Positions 39,009-49,167 of a stretch of DNA of 64,000 nt are shown here, piece by piece. Within the stretch, counting starts at the first letter, position 1. The number at the start of each line of letters is the position of its first letter. Below the pieces are notes generated by a model. The model worked only from the letters and a program-made list of their open reading frames with translations, did no database searches and had not been told where the DNA came from. The translations under genes and the position numbers were made by a program. Location: contig JAEXAX010000034.1 in the NCBI GenBank assembly GCA_023458035.1, positions 55,399 through 119,398 on the forward strand. Reading direction: 5' to 3'. Origin of the DNA: Bacillota bacterium. Its GTDB lineage: Bacteria; Bacillota; Clostridia; Lachnospirales; Lachnospiraceae.

Positions 39009-39953
39009 ATGGAAATAGCGATACTGGAATCATTGGGTATATCCGAGCAGGAGCTGGCCGGGCGAACGGCGCCGTTTGAGGCCGAGGGACATCGGTTCCG
39101 ACTGTACGAACGAACTACTGAAATAGCGGCTTTGCAGGAGCGGCTGCGAACGGCGGACGTAGCCATTCTCGCCAATATGCCTCTGCCGGCCGCCGCATTT
39201 GAAACAGCCGCCAACCTGAAGTATATCAATATCGCTTTTACCGGTGTGGATCATGTGGCAGTATCGTCAGCGAAGGAGCGTGGTATCGTTTTAAGTAATG
39301 CCTCCGGTTATTCGAATCAGGCGGTGGCTGAGATGACCATCGCCATGGTGCTGTCATTATACCGGAGATTGCCGCAGGCAGAGCGCCGGGCGAGGGCGGG
39401 AAAAACCAAGGACGGCCTGATTGGGTGTGAGATCCGCGGAAAGACAGTCGGTATCATCGGTTACGGTAAGATTGGCCGTTGCAGCGCTGCCCTTTTTTTG
39501 GCCTTTGGCGCCTCTGTCTTGGCAAATAATCGCCGCAGACTGACGGATTTGCCGGCCGGGGTTCGCCAGGTAGAGCTGGATGAGCTGCTGGCCGAGTCGG
39601 ATATCGTGGTGCTGCATTGTCCGCTGACCGAGCAAACAGAAGGGATGATCGACAGTTGCCGGCTGGCGCAGATGAAGCCATCGGCCATTCTGATCAATGT
39701 GGCCAGAGGACCGGTGGTGGTGGCGGCCGATCTGGCGAAGGCATTGGACGAGGGGGTGATCGCCGGGGCCGGGATCGACGTCTTTGATATGGAGCCGCCG
39801 TTGCCGCTTGATGAGCCGCTGCTGTATCCGTATCATAGCATCATCACGCCGCATGTGGCTTTTGCCACGCAGGAGTCCATGCTGCTGCGGGCCGATATCG
39901 TATTCGCGAACCTGGCTGCATGGCTGAGCGGTGCGCCGCAGAATCTTATTTAA
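39009..39953 (+). CDS. D-isomer-specific 2-hydroxyacid dehydrogenase (PGDH/GhrB-like)
   Basis: NAD motif GIIGYGKIGR. Catalytic R/E/H pattern (NVARG..., TPHVAF). Confidence 0.85.
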   Translation: MEIAILESLGISEQELAGRTAPFEAEGHRFRLYERTTEIAALQERLRTADVAILANMPLPAAAFETAANLKYINIAFTGVDHVAVSSAKERGIVLSNASGYSNQAVAEMTIAMVLSLYRRLPQAERRARAGKTKDGLIGCEIRGKTVGIIGYGKIGRCSAALFLAFGASVLANNRRRLTDLPAGVRQVELDELLAESDIVVLHCPLTEQTEGMIDSCRLAQMKPSAILINVARGPVVVAADLAKALDEGVIAGAGIDVFDMEPPLPLDEPLLYPYHSIITPHVAFATQESMLLRADIVFANLAAWLSGAPQNLI

Positions 39954-39970
39954 TCATTTAAAAATTTTAG

Positions 39971-40024
39971 CAAGGCTGTCCGGGAAAGGAGATCATGTTC
40001 TTTTTCGGGCAGCCTTGTTCTTTG
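39971..40024 (+). terminator. Rho-independent terminator
   Basis: Arms CAAGGCTGTCCG / CGGGCAGCCTTG (one mismatch) followed by TTCTTT. Confidence 0.55.
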
Positions 40025-40127
40025 TGGGCTAAGGGTATTGTAATTTTTAAAACTACATACTATGATATAGATATAACGAGATGCGGTATCAGCAGGCAAA
40101 GTCGGGAAATTAAGAGGGAGGCAGAGC

Positions 40128-40829
40128 ATGTCTTATATAGAACTCAAGCATGTGTACAAGCGCTATCAGATCGGAGAACAGGAGATCACGGCCAATCGGG
40201 ATATTTGCTTTTCCATAGAACAAGGAGAGCTGGTGATGATTCTCGGAGCATCCGGTGCGGGCAAGTCAACCCTTTTGAATATTTTGGGAGGTATGGATAC
40301 CTGCGATGAGGGTGAGGTCTGGATCGACGGCACCGATATAGCCGGGTTTGATCGCAGGAAGCTGACCGGATATCGGCGAGCGGATGTCGGCTTTGTATTT
40401 CAGTTTTATAATCTGGTGCCGAATCTGACAGCCAGGGAAAATGTTGAATTGGCCTCGGAGATCGTCAGTGATGCCGGGGATGCCGTGCAGGTACTGCGGA
40501 CTGTCGGGCTGGGAGAACGGCTGGATCACTTTCCGGCGCAGTTGTCGGGCGGTGAACAGCAGCGGGTATCGATCGCCCGGGCGGTGGCCAAAAATCCGAA
40601 GCTGCTGCTTTGTGATGAACCGACCGGTGCACTGGATTATCAAACCGGTAAGCAGATTTTGCATACTCTACAGCAGATGGCCGGCGAGCATGGCGCTACG
40701 GTAATCATCGTGACCCACAATACTGCGCTGGCGCCATTGGCCGATCGGGTGATTCATATGCATGATGGCGGAATACGCCTGATCGAGATCAATGAGGCGC
40801 CGCAGAGTATAGATGAGCTGGAGTATTGA
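40128..40829 (+). CDS. ABC transporter ATP-binding protein (MacB/LolD-like)
   Basis: Walker [10 protein letters not shown], signature LSGGEQQR, Walker B LLLCDEPT. Confidence 0.9.
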   Translation: MSYIELKHVYKRYQIGEQEITANRDICFSIEQGELVMILGASGAGKSTLLNILGGMDTCDEGEVWIDGTDIAGFDRRKLTGYRRADVGFVFQFYNLVPNLTARENVELASEIVSDAGDAVQVLRTVGLGERLDHFPAQLSGGEQQRVSIARAVAKNPKLLLCDEPTGALDYQTGKQILHTLQQMAGEHGATVIIVTHNTALAPLADRVIHMHDGGIRLIEINEAPQSIDELEY

Positions 40830-40870
40830 TGTAACCAGAATCGGGAAGCTAGGGAAAATGAGGCCGGATC

Positions 40871-43690
40871 ATGAAGAAAAAAACGTTATGGAGGGAGCAG
40901 CTGAGATCTTTGGGGAAATCGCGCGGACGGTTTTTATCAATCATGGCGCTCCTGTTTTTGGGTTCCTTTGCGCTGGTCGGCTTAAAGGTGTCGGGGCCGC
41001 TCTTGCAGGAGAATATGGATCGTTTTCAACGGGATCTGAATGTCATGGATCTGACGGTACTGGCGGATTATGGGCTGTCGGAGAAAGACAGACGGGAGCT
41101 GGACGGTTGGAAAGATATCGCGGATATTGAATATGGTTATCTGACGGATGTAGTGAAAAAAGATACGAATACTGCGCTGCGAATCTTTTCGGCCGGAGAG
41201 CGGATCTCTGCTTATATGGTGACGGAAGGGCGGCTTCCGCAGACGGAGAATGAAATCGCGGTGGCAGATTTTCTGGATGAAGCCTATGATGTCGGTCGGA
41301 CACTCGAGGTGACGGAAAAGGATGAAGAGCATCAGATTTTGAGGCACCATCGTTTTACCGTCACCGGACGGGTAAATTCCGGTGAGCTGGTTTCAAAGGA
41401 TTTTTTGGGCAGCAGCTCGGCAGGCTCCGGCAGCCTGAGTGGATATGCAGTGGTGACCGAGGGAGCCTTTGACAGTAAGTACGCCGTCATTGCCAGATTG
41501 CGGCTGCATGAATTGACGAATATCTCTGCTTTTTCGACGGCTTATGAGGAGAAGGTGGAGAAACACCGCCTGCGGCTGGAGGATGAATTGGCGGACAATG
41601 CCGGCCAAAGAAGAAACGAGCTTGAGCGCGATGCCGGGGAGGAGCTGGATCGGCATTTTGAAGAAGAAAAAAACAAGGCTTTGCAGGAGGCATATGTGAA
41701 AGCTGAGGCAGAAGCGAACAAACGGGTGGATGAAGAAGCGGCGGCCGCTGAAAAGAAGTCGGAGGAACAGCTCGCCGCCGCGCTGGCCAAACTGGCAGAT
41801 TCCGGTTTGCCGGCCGAGTTCATCGAGATGCAAAAGCAGACCATGCTGGCCGAGGCCGAGAGCCGGAAAACTGCGGCCAAAGAGAAGATCCGGGAAGTCA
41901 GACAGACTGCCATCCGAAAGGCGAAGGAAGAAGCCCGGAAGAAGGTCGATGAGGGGGCGAAGAAGCCGGATCTGCCGGTCATCCCGAAGCCGGCCTATTC
42001 AGTTTATACCAGGCGAACCATACCCGGCGGAGAGGGCTTCTTAAGTGTGGCTGTGAATACAGAGGGTACGACCAGGGTCGGAGACCTCTTTCCGGTGGTA
42101 TTGTATTTGGTGGCGGCCTTGGTGACCATGACCACCATGACCAGATTTGTCAATGAGGAGCGGATCAATGCCGGAGTGCTGGCAGCTCTCGGCTTCTCCA
42201 AGGGAGATATTATTCGGAAGTTTACCCGTTACGGCTTAGCTGCCGGCCTGACCGGTTCAGTCATTGGTATTGTAGCCGGCACCTTCTTCCTGCCATTGAT
42301 GATTCGGGACACCTTATTGGCCGGAGCGGGTCTGCCATCGCTGCGGATGCATCTGTTTCCGACTGTCAGCGTCACAGCCCTGGTCTGTGCATGGATCTGC
42401 AGTGTGCTGCCGGCCTGGGTGATTGCCCGCAGGGAGCTGCATGAGGTGCCGGCAGCCCTGCTGCTGCCAAAACCGCCGATGCACGGCGCCCGTATATTTT
42501 TAGAACGAGTGAAACCGATCTGGAGTCGGATGACATTTACGGCCAAGGTGACGGCGCGGAATCTGTTCCGTTATAAGCAACGGATGCTGATGACGCTGTT
42601 CGGAGTCGGCGGTTCGGTGGCGCTGCTGTTTGCCGGACTTGGCATCGCCGCTTCGGTGGAGGCGGTATCGCGCGGTCAGTTTGGGGACATACTGCATTAT
42701 GATCTGCTGGTGCAGGAGAAACAGCCGGTGACCGAAACGAATGATGAAAAGCGTGAGGCTGCCGAGAAGCTGAATCACCTGCTGGCAGACCGGGCGGTGA
42801 CGGCCGCCCTGCCGATCTACAGCGAGCAGCTGACTAAGAAGATTCCTTCTGTGATCGATGCACAGAAAATCAACCTGCTGGTGACCGGAAACAAAAATCT
42901 GGAGCCGATGATCAGCCTGTTTTCAGGCGACAAAAAATGGGAAGAGCTGCCGCAAAGCGGCGTTTTGCTCAGCCAGAAATTGGCTGATATCCTGAAGGTC
43001 AGAGAGGGTGATCAGATCAAGTTTCGCCGATCTGATGGTACGGACTGGAGTCTGCCGGTGGCCGGAGTGGTGCGCATGTATGCCGGACACTATGCCTTGA
43101 TGAGCCGTTCGGCTTATGAGGCGGTTTTTAATGAAGACTGGAAACCGAATGCCCATCTGTTGACCTCGCAGGGGACAGATGAAGACAGTGTACGCTCATT
43201 GGCGGCACGCTTTATGGAACTGCGGGCAGTTAAGACGGTGGTGCAGAACACCGGAATCAAGAAACAGATCGCTACGGTGTCGGCCTCATTGCATCGGGTC
43301 ATGATCATTCTTGTCGTGGTATCGATCTTGCTGGCAGCGGTTATCCTGTATAACCTGACCGCCATCAACGTGGCGGAGCGCATCCGAGAGCTGTCAACCA
43401 TCAAAGTGCTGGGCTTTTATGACGGTGAGGTGACCCGCTATATCTATCGTGAGACCATGATCCTGTCATCCATCGGCATCGGACTGGGGTGGCTGGGCGG
43501 TCATATTCTGCACAGCTTTATTCTGCGTATGGTGGCGCCGGATCACATTCTCTTTCCGACCGAGGTGGCGCTCTCGGTTTACCTGATTCCGGTTGGGATC
43601 ATCGGACTGATTTTGGCGGCCATGGGGCTGATGGTTCATGCGCTGTTGAAGCGGGTGGATATGCTGGAAGCATTGAAATCAGTAGATTAA
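40871..43690 (+). CDS. FtsX/MacB-family ABC permease, duplicated 4-TM modules with a large extracytoplasmic domain containing a charged coiled-coil insert
   Basis: 939 aa with two FtsX-like TM bundles. A Glu/Lys/Ala-rich helix-forming segment of ~130 aa lies in the first loop. Confidence 0.8.
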   Translation: MKKKTLWREQLRSLGKSRGRFLSIMALLFLGSFALVGLKVSGPLLQENMDRFQRDLNVMDLTVLADYGLSEKDRRELDGWKDIADIEYGYLTDVVKKDTNTALRIFSAGERISAYMVTEGRLPQTENEIAVADFLDEAYDVGRTLEVTEKDEEHQILRHHRFTVTGRVNSGELVSKDFLGSSSAGSGSLSGYAVVTEGAFDSKYAVIARLRLHELTNISAFSTAYEEKVEKHRLRLEDELADNAGQRRNELERDAGEELDRHFEEEKNKALQEAYVKAEAEANKRVDEEAAAAEKKSEEQLAAALAKLADSGLPAEFIEMQKQTMLAEAESRKTAAKEKIREVRQTAIRKAKEEARKKVDEGAKKPDLPVIPKPAYSVYTRRTIPGGEGFLSVAVNTEGTTRVGDLFPVVLYLVAALVTMTTMTRFVNEERINAGVLAALGFSKGDIIRKFTRYGLAAGLTGSVIGIVAGTFFLPLMIRDTLLAGAGLPSLRMHLFPTVSVTALVCAWICSVLPAWVIARRELHEVPAALLLPKPPMHGARIFLERVKPIWSRMTFTAKVTARNLFRYKQRMLMTLFGVGGSVALLFAGLGIAASVEAVSRGQFGDILHYDLLVQEKQPVTETNDEKREAAEKLNHLLADRAVTAALPIYSEQLTKKIPSVIDAQKINLLVTGNKNLEPMISLFSGDKKWEELPQSGVLLSQKLADILKVREGDQIKFRRSDGTDWSLPVAGVVRMYAGHYALMSRSAYEAVFNEDWKPNAHLLTSQGTDEDSVRSLAARFMELRAVKTVVQNTGIKKQIATVSASLHRVMIILVVVSILLAAVILYNLTAINVAERIRELSTIKVLGFYDGEVTRYIYRETMILSSIGIGLGWLGGHILHSFILRMVAPDHILFPTEVALSVYLIPVGIIGLILAAMGLMVHALLKRVDMLEALKSVD

Positions 43691-43744
43691 GTCGGTTTCT
43701 TCCTGTATAATAAAAAAATAGTATGATGAACGGGGAGAAACAAG

Positions 43745-44422
43745 TTGAACGAAAAAATGATGCTCAGGCTGCCCGAAGGAAGCGGGCAGGCCATGTTGTT
43801 AACGGCCGTCGGCGGCAGTATGGATGCCTATTCCTATGCGGTACGAGGCGGTGTATTTGCCACCGGCCAGACCGGAAATCTGGTGTTGGCCGGTCTGGGA
43901 CTGGTCGGCGGAGAACAAAGTCTGTTTTGGCGGGCACTGGTACCGATCACGGCATTTGTGTGCGGCGCCGTTTTGGCTCAGTACTTGAAGCATTCGGTCT
44001 TTGACCACCACCGTCATTGGAGGCTGGGCGTATTACTGCTGGAGATCATTCTGCTTGCGGTGGTGTCACTGATTCCGATAACCGGGCCGCCCATTTGGGC
44101 AAACAGCCTGTTATCCCTATCTGCAGCCCTGCAGTTTTGCTGCTTTAAGACTCTTGGCAGCGGGTCCGGTTATGCCACCGTCTTTTGTACCGGAAATCTG
44201 CGTTCGGCAGTGGAACAGCTGTATCTGGGCTTTATGAAGCATGACCGGGAAGCCGGGCGGCTGGGACTGACCTATGCCTTGATCATCCTGTCCTTTGTTT
44301 TCGGCGCGGCACTGACCTATTTCTGTGTTGATAAATTGGGCGCAAAGGCCATTCTGCCTGCCGTTTGTCTATTGGTTGTGGCTATTGTACAGATATGCGT
44401 CGGAACAAAAGAGAAAATATAG
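43745..44422 (+). CDS. YoaK/DUF1275-family membrane protein
   Basis: ~225 aa with six hydrophobic segments and an N-terminal GG..D.YSY motif. TTG start is uncertain. Confidence 0.55.
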   Translation: MNEKMMLRLPEGSGQAMLLTAVGGSMDAYSYAVRGGVFATGQTGNLVLAGLGLVGGEQSLFWRALVPITAFVCGAVLAQYLKHSVFDHHRHWRLGVLLLEIILLAVVSLIPITGPPIWANSLLSLSAALQFCCFKTLGSGSGYATVFCTGNLRSAVEQLYLGFMKHDREAGRLGLTYALIILSFVFGAALTYFCVDKLGAKAILPAVCLLVVAIVQICVGTKEKI

Positions 44423-44452
44423 GGAAAACAACCAACTAAAAAATAAAATTTT

Positions 44453-44491
44453 GGCGACTGTGAATATATACAATTTACAGTCGCCATTTTT
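44453..44491 (+). terminator. Rho-independent terminator
   Basis: GGCGACTGT/ACAGTCGCC stem followed by ATTTTT. Confidence 0.65.
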
Positions 44492-44637
44492 ATGAAATAA
44501 ATATATATTATTTTTGTGGATTTCTTACTAAATACAGGATAAAATTAGACTAACCATTGTATATTGGGGATGAGTTTTCAAGTGATATGGAATGGTCGAT
44601 TTGCGGTCAGGAGATTGCGAACGGAAGGGAGGATAGT

Positions 44638-45126
44638 ATGTGTGTGGCAAACAAAGGTTTTGATGAGGCCGTATTGATGGAGATCATCGAACGGATCGGT
44701 GGTACTGAATCGTCACTCATTCAGATCCTGCATCAGACACAGGAGCGATTTGGCTACATTCCGCGCGACGCGCAGGGCTTCATTGCAAAGCAGCTGGGAA
44801 TACCGGCGGCAAAGGTGTACGGTGTAGTGTCATTTTATTCCTATTTTGTGGACAAACCGAAGGGCAAATACCAAATCAGTGTCTGCCTCGGAACAGCCTG
44901 CTATGTAAAGGGCGCTGCCGAAGTGTTAAAAAGATTGGAGGAAGAACTGGGCATTCATTTCGGAGAAACTACTCCGGATCTGCGCTTTTCGATCGCCCAG
45001 ACCCGGTGTTTGGGAGATTGCAGTAATGCGCCGGTTTTAATGATCAATGATACACTTTATGGGAAGGTAACTCCGGATGAGGTGCCACTGATTCTGTCAA
45101 AGTATAAGGAGGAAGAAGCATGTTAA
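44638..45126 (+). CDS. NuoE-like [2Fe-2S] subunit of a bifurcating [FeFe]-hydrogenase (HydC)
   Basis: Thioredoxin-like 2Fe-2S pattern C..G..AC...C..CLGDC. RBS GGGAGGA lies before the ATG at 44638. Confidence 0.8.
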   Translation: MCVANKGFDEAVLMEIIERIGGTESSLIQILHQTQERFGYIPRDAQGFIAKQLGIPAAKVYGVVSFYSYFVDKPKGKYQISVCLGTACYVKGAAEVLKRLEEELGIHFGETTPDLRFSIAQTRCLGDCSNAPVLMINDTLYGKVTPDEVPLILSKYKEEEAC

Positions 45127-46709
45127 ACAGAGAAAGCCTCCTGGCATTAAAAGAAACCGCTCATGCCGCATTGGCGGAGCGGATCAAGAATGATCCTGCC
45201 GTCGGCATGAAAGAGGATGGCAGTTTTTATCTGACCGGCCCATATTTTGAAAAGCAGACCCGTGTGGCTCTGCGCAATTGCGGCATCATCCGGCCGGAAG
45301 TGATCGAAGAAGCCATCGCCACCGGAGCTTATGAGGCGTTGGCAAATCTGCTGACCGATCGGGTTTCGCCGGCCGCCATTGTAGACGATATGAAGCGGGC
45401 AAATCTGCGCGGCCGCGGCGGCGCAGGTTTTTCGGCCGGCCGCAAATGGGCGGAGGCACTCAGCCATGACGCTGCGCAGAAGTATGTGATCTGTAATGCA
45501 GATGAAGGTGATCCGGGTGCTTTTATGGATCGCAGTATCTTGGAGCAGGATCCGCACAGCGTACTCGAAGGTATGGCTATCTGCGGTTATGCCATCGGTG
45601 CTTCCAAGGGATTTATTTATGTACGAGCCGAGTATCCGTTGGCCGTTAAGAATCTGCGGGTAGCCATCGATCAGGCCAAAGAACGGGGCTTGCTGGGCAA
45701 GAACATCATGGGATCGGATTTCAGCTTTGATATCGAGCTGCGGCTCGGCGCCGGCGCCTTTGTTTGCGGTGAAGCGACCGCTTTGATCGAATCCATCGAG
45801 GGGCATCGCGGTATGCCGAGAAATAAGATCTTCAGAACGGCCCATAAGGGTCTGTTCCAGATGCCGACCGTCCTGAATAATGTAGAAACTCTGGCCAATG
45901 TGCATATGATTATGTTAAACGGCGTGGACTGGTTCCGCAGCATCGGCACCAATGATTCACCGGGTACCAAGGTGTTTTCGGTAGTTGGAAAGGTGCGTGA
46001 GGCCGGCTTAGTTGAGGTGCCGATGGGTACCCCGCTGCCGTATATCATTTACGACATCTCCGGTGGGATCAGGGATGATAAGAAGCTGAAGGCCGTTCAG
46101 ACCGGAGGACCGTCCGGCGGTTGTATCCCGGCCGAACTGATTGACACCACCACGGTGGACTTCGAGTGCCTGGAAGGCATCGGATCCATTATGGGCTCCG
46201 GCGGTATGGTTATTATGGATGAGGACGATTGCATGGTCGATATCGCCAGATTCTTTATGGATTTTACGGTAGAGGAATCCTGCGGCAAGTGTACACCCTG
46301 CCGTATCGGTAACCAGCGTGTGCTGGAGATTTTGGAACGCATCACCAAGGGCGAGGGGCGCAAGCGTGATTTAACAGATTTGAAGGAGCTGGGAGAACTG
46401 ATCCGTGACACCTCCCTGTGCGGCCTGGGTCAGGCGGCGCCGAATCCGGTATTGTCGACGCTGCGCTATTTTGAGCATGAGTACCGCGCTCATATCGAGG
46501 AGCACAGATGTGATGCGAAGGTATGTAAGAGCCTTCTGACCTATGTGGTGGAAGATCATTGTATCGGTTGCGGTTTGTGTAAGCTGAACTGTCCGGTCAA
46601 CTGTATCACCGGCAGTCGTAAGGAGAAGCATTACATCGACCCGGCAGCCTGCATCAAGTGCGGCACCTGCTTTGAAAAATGTCCGAAGCATGCCATTGTC
46701 ATGGGATAG
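45120..46709 (+). CDS. NuoF-like FMN/NAD(H)-binding Fe-S subunit (HydB) with a C-terminal 2x[4Fe-4S] domain
   Basis: GRGGAGFSAGRKW, ESCGKCTPCR and CIGCGLCKLNCP...CIKCGTCFEKCP. Confidence 0.9.
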   Translation: MLNRESLLALKETAHAALAERIKNDPAVGMKEDGSFYLTGPYFEKQTRVALRNCGIIRPEVIEEAIATGAYEALANLLTDRVSPAAIVDDMKRANLRGRGGAGFSAGRKWAEALSHDAAQKYVICNADEGDPGAFMDRSILEQDPHSVLEGMAICGYAIGASKGFIYVRAEYPLAVKNLRVAIDQAKERGLLGKNIMGSDFSFDIELRLGAGAFVCGEATALIESIEGHRGMPRNKIFRTAHKGLFQMPTVLNNVETLANVHMIMLNGVDWFRSIGTNDSPGTKVFSVVGKVREAGLVEVPMGTPLPYIIYDISGGIRDDKKLKAVQTGGPSGGCIPAELIDTTTVDFECLEGIGSIMGSGGMVIMDEDDCMVDIARFFMDFTVEESCGKCTPCRIGNQRVLEILERITKGEGRKRDLTDLKELGELIRDTSLCGLGQAAPNPVLSTLRYFEHEYRAHIEEHRCDAKVCKSLLTYVVEDHCIGCGLCKLNCPVNCITGSRKEKHYIDPAACIKCGTCFEKCPKHAIVMG

Positions 46710-46720
46710 GGGGTAGGAAG

Positions 46721-48475
46721 ATGATTCAATTAACGATCAATGATAAGCCGGTAACGGTAGAAGAGGGAACGACCATTCTGGAAGCGGCGAAGAAGCTGAA
46801 TATCCTGATCCCAACTCTCTGTCACTTGAACCTGCATGGACTAAATGTCAACAATGAAACAGCTTCCTGCCGTGTATGCATGGTGGAACAGGTGCCATCC
46901 GGCAAGCTGCTGGCAGCCTGCTCGACCCGTGTCAGAAACGGAATGAACATCCGGACGGACACCCTGCGCGTGATTAAAAATCGTCGTATGATGATCGAAC
47001 TGTTATTATCCGATCACCCGAAGGATTGTCTGGTCTGCAGCAAGAGCGGTCACTGTGAATTACAGACCCTGGCCAATGAAGCCAACATCCGTTCGGTACG
47101 CTACAAAGGGAAACAGCATCAGTGCAAGGTGGATGACACCTCATTGTCACTGGTGCGTGATATGAATAAATGTATCCTGTGCAAACGTTGCGAGACTATG
47201 TGTAATGAGGTTCAGACTGTCGGCGTATTAACCGATGTCGGCCGTGGTTTTGAAACCGTGGTCGGCACTGCCTTCGATCTGCCCATGCATGAAACAGTCT
47301 GCACCTTCTGCGGACAATGTGTTTCTGTCTGTCCGACCGGTGCATTGACCGAGGTGGATAATACCATGCAGGTCTGGGATGCCCTGGCCGGTAATAAGAC
47401 AGTGGTAGTTCAGGTGGCTCCGGCCGTTCGGGTTGCCCTCGGCGAGGCCTTTCATTTGGAGCCGGGTGTAGATGTCACCGGTAAGATGGTATCAGCCTTA
47501 AAGGGGCTGGGCTTTGATTATGTCTATGACACAAACTTCGCGGCCGATGTGACCGTTATGGAAGAGGCACATGAATTTATCGACCGCGTAAAGACCGGCG
47601 GTCGGCTGCCGATCCTGACCAGCTGCTGCCCGTCATGGATCAAATTTGTAGAGCATAACTTCGGTGATCTGGTGGATATTCCGTCCAGCTGCAAATCACC
47701 GCACGAGATGTTCGGCGCGCTGGCTAAAACTTATCTGGCCGAGCGTTTGGGGATCAAGCCGGAGGATATGGTCGTCGTATCCGTGATGCCTTGTGTGGCG
47801 AAAAAATATGAATCTGCCAGACCGGAATTATCAAATGAGAGCGGTGTGTCGGATGTGGATATTGTTATATCGACCAGAGAGCTGGCGCGTATGATCTCCG
47901 AGGCAACGTTGGATTTCCAGAGTCTGCCGGAGGGTGACTTTGACAGCTTTATGGGACAGTCGACCGGCGCCGGCACCATCTTCGGCTCGACCGGTGGTGT
48001 GGCCGAGGCGACCCTGCGAACCGCCTACGAACTTCTGACAGGAGAAACCCTGCAGGAGGTAAACTTTACTGCCCTGCGCGGCTTGGAGAACCTGAAGGAA
48101 GCAACAGTTATGGTCGGCGACAGGCAGATCCGTGTAGCGGTAGCCAGCGGTTTGGGAAGCGCCAGACGCCTGCTTGACCGTGTTCGCCATGGCGAGGCGG
48201 AATATCACCTGATCGAGATCATGGCCTGTCCGGGCGGGTGTATAGATGGCGGCGGTCAGCCATATATTGCCGGAGATACCGGTATTTTGGAAAAACGTAT
48301 GGCATCCATCTACCAGATCGACAGCGATAAAAAAATCCGTAAAGCTCATGAAAATCCGGAGGTTCAGCTCCTCTACAAAGAATATCTGGGAGAGCCGTAT
48401 CATGGGGAAAAGGCTCACGAGCTTTTGCATACCCACTTCGTGGTACGGAAGAAGCACACCATGCCGAATATGTGA
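46721..48475 (+). CDS. hydA: [FeFe]-hydrogenase catalytic subunit
   Basis: H-cluster motifs TSCCPSW, MPCVAKKYE and EIMACPGGCIDGGGQP. N-terminal 2Fe-2S and 4Fe-4S domains. Confidence 0.9.
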   Translation: MIQLTINDKPVTVEEGTTILEAAKKLNILIPTLCHLNLHGLNVNNETASCRVCMVEQVPSGKLLAACSTRVRNGMNIRTDTLRVIKNRRMMIELLLSDHPKDCLVCSKSGHCELQTLANEANIRSVRYKGKQHQCKVDDTSLSLVRDMNKCILCKRCETMCNEVQTVGVLTDVGRGFETVVGTAFDLPMHETVCTFCGQCVSVCPTGALTEVDNTMQVWDALAGNKTVVVQVAPAVRVALGEAFHLEPGVDVTGKMVSALKGLGFDYVYDTNFAADVTVMEEAHEFIDRVKTGGRLPILTSCCPSWIKFVEHNFGDLVDIPSSCKSPHEMFGALAKTYLAERLGIKPEDMVVVSVMPCVAKKYESARPELSNESGVSDVDIVISTRELARMISEATLDFQSLPEGDFDSFMGQSTGAGTIFGSTGGVAEATLRTAYELLTGETLQEVNFTALRGLENLKEATVMVGDRQIRVAVASGLGSARRLLDRVRHGEAEYHLIEIMACPGGCIDGGGQPYIAGDTGILEKRMASIYQIDSDKKIRKAHENPEVQLLYKEYLGEPYHGEKAHELLHTHFVVRKKHTMPNM

Positions 48476-48494
48476 TTGCACCATACAAACAAAT

Positions 48495-48524
48495 ATGGAG
48501 AGCTACAGATCTCCATGTTTTCTT
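48495..48524 (+). terminator. Rho-independent terminator of the hyd operon
   Basis: ATGGAGA/TCTCCAT stem followed by GTTTTCTT. Confidence 0.55.
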
Positions 48525-48554
48525 GTTGGGCAGGGGTTTTTGTTTTTATTTTCA

Positions 48555-48583
48555 TTGACACCCATTCGATTTCATAGTATAAA
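48555..48583 (+). promoter_or_regulatory. Near-consensus sigma-70 promoter
   Basis: TTGACA (48555-48560), 17 nt, TATAAA (48578-48583). Confidence 0.6.
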
Positions 48584-48589
48584 TAATGT

Positions 48590-48936
48590 AATTCCGCATA
48601 GAGTTTTCTAGCGAATACGAGGACCACTCCGTCAGGGGTAAAGGCCATACGGACAGCCGGGTCCACTGCCGAGCGAGGGGGATATTCCGCCTCTTATTGA
48701 TTGAGTTAAAAGCTCAAATTTTATAAGTTGGTTACTTCATAACCAGAGTGCCGCCAGGCGCAGACTTGTGAAACGGTCAATAACGTGTAGTCAAGTATTA
48801 TCTGCTATGTAGACTCTGCCTCATATTGATGAGAAGAAAGCCGTAGGTGCTTGTCGCACCGCACGGGTCAGGGATCATGAGCAAATGTATATGACGACAG
48901 ACAGGACACAGGCCTTGCAGCCGGTGTCCTTTTTAT
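48590..48936 (+). promoter_or_regulatory. Long untranslated leader ending in an intrinsic terminator (attenuator/riboswitch-like, class not recognised)
   Basis: No plausible ORF lies between the promoter and the GTG at 48961. Terminator AGGACAC...GTGTCCT followed by TTTTTAT at 48903-48936, about 25 nt before the start codon. Confidence 0.4.
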
Positions 48937-48960
48937 ATTGCACGCGGAAAGGGGATTAGT

Positions 48961-49167
48961 GTGAACAGCAGTTATCGGTTAAATCAGGATCGGGCTCCCA
49001 TATATGAGGCTCTGCAAAGCTTTCGCAATATGCGGGTGGTGCCCTTTGACGTGCCGGGCCATAAACGGGGGCGGGGGAATCCGGAGCTGACGAAGTTCCT
49101 TGGGGAAAGATGCATCAGTATTGATGTGAACAGTATGAAGCCTTTGGATAATCTTTGCCATCCGACC
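48961..49167 (+). pseudogene. N-terminal ~69 codons of an Orn/Lys/Arg decarboxylase (SpeA-like), fused in frame to an nspC fragment
   Basis: VVPFDVPGHKRGRGNPEL...NSMKPLDNLCHPT matches the family N-terminus. The rest of the family sequence is absent. Confidence 0.5.

Noticed and set aside
48590-48936. Assignment of the long leader to a known riboswitch class (T-box, L-box, cobalamin, FMN, TPP, SAM-I, ykkC/guanidine, ZTP, c-di-GMP).
   Set aside because: By eye I could not find the diagnostic conserved blocks of any of these classes. For example, there is no GGGUGGUACCGCG T-box sequence and no AGAGGxGC...GCCGAAG L-box core. It remains unclassified pending a covariance-model scan.
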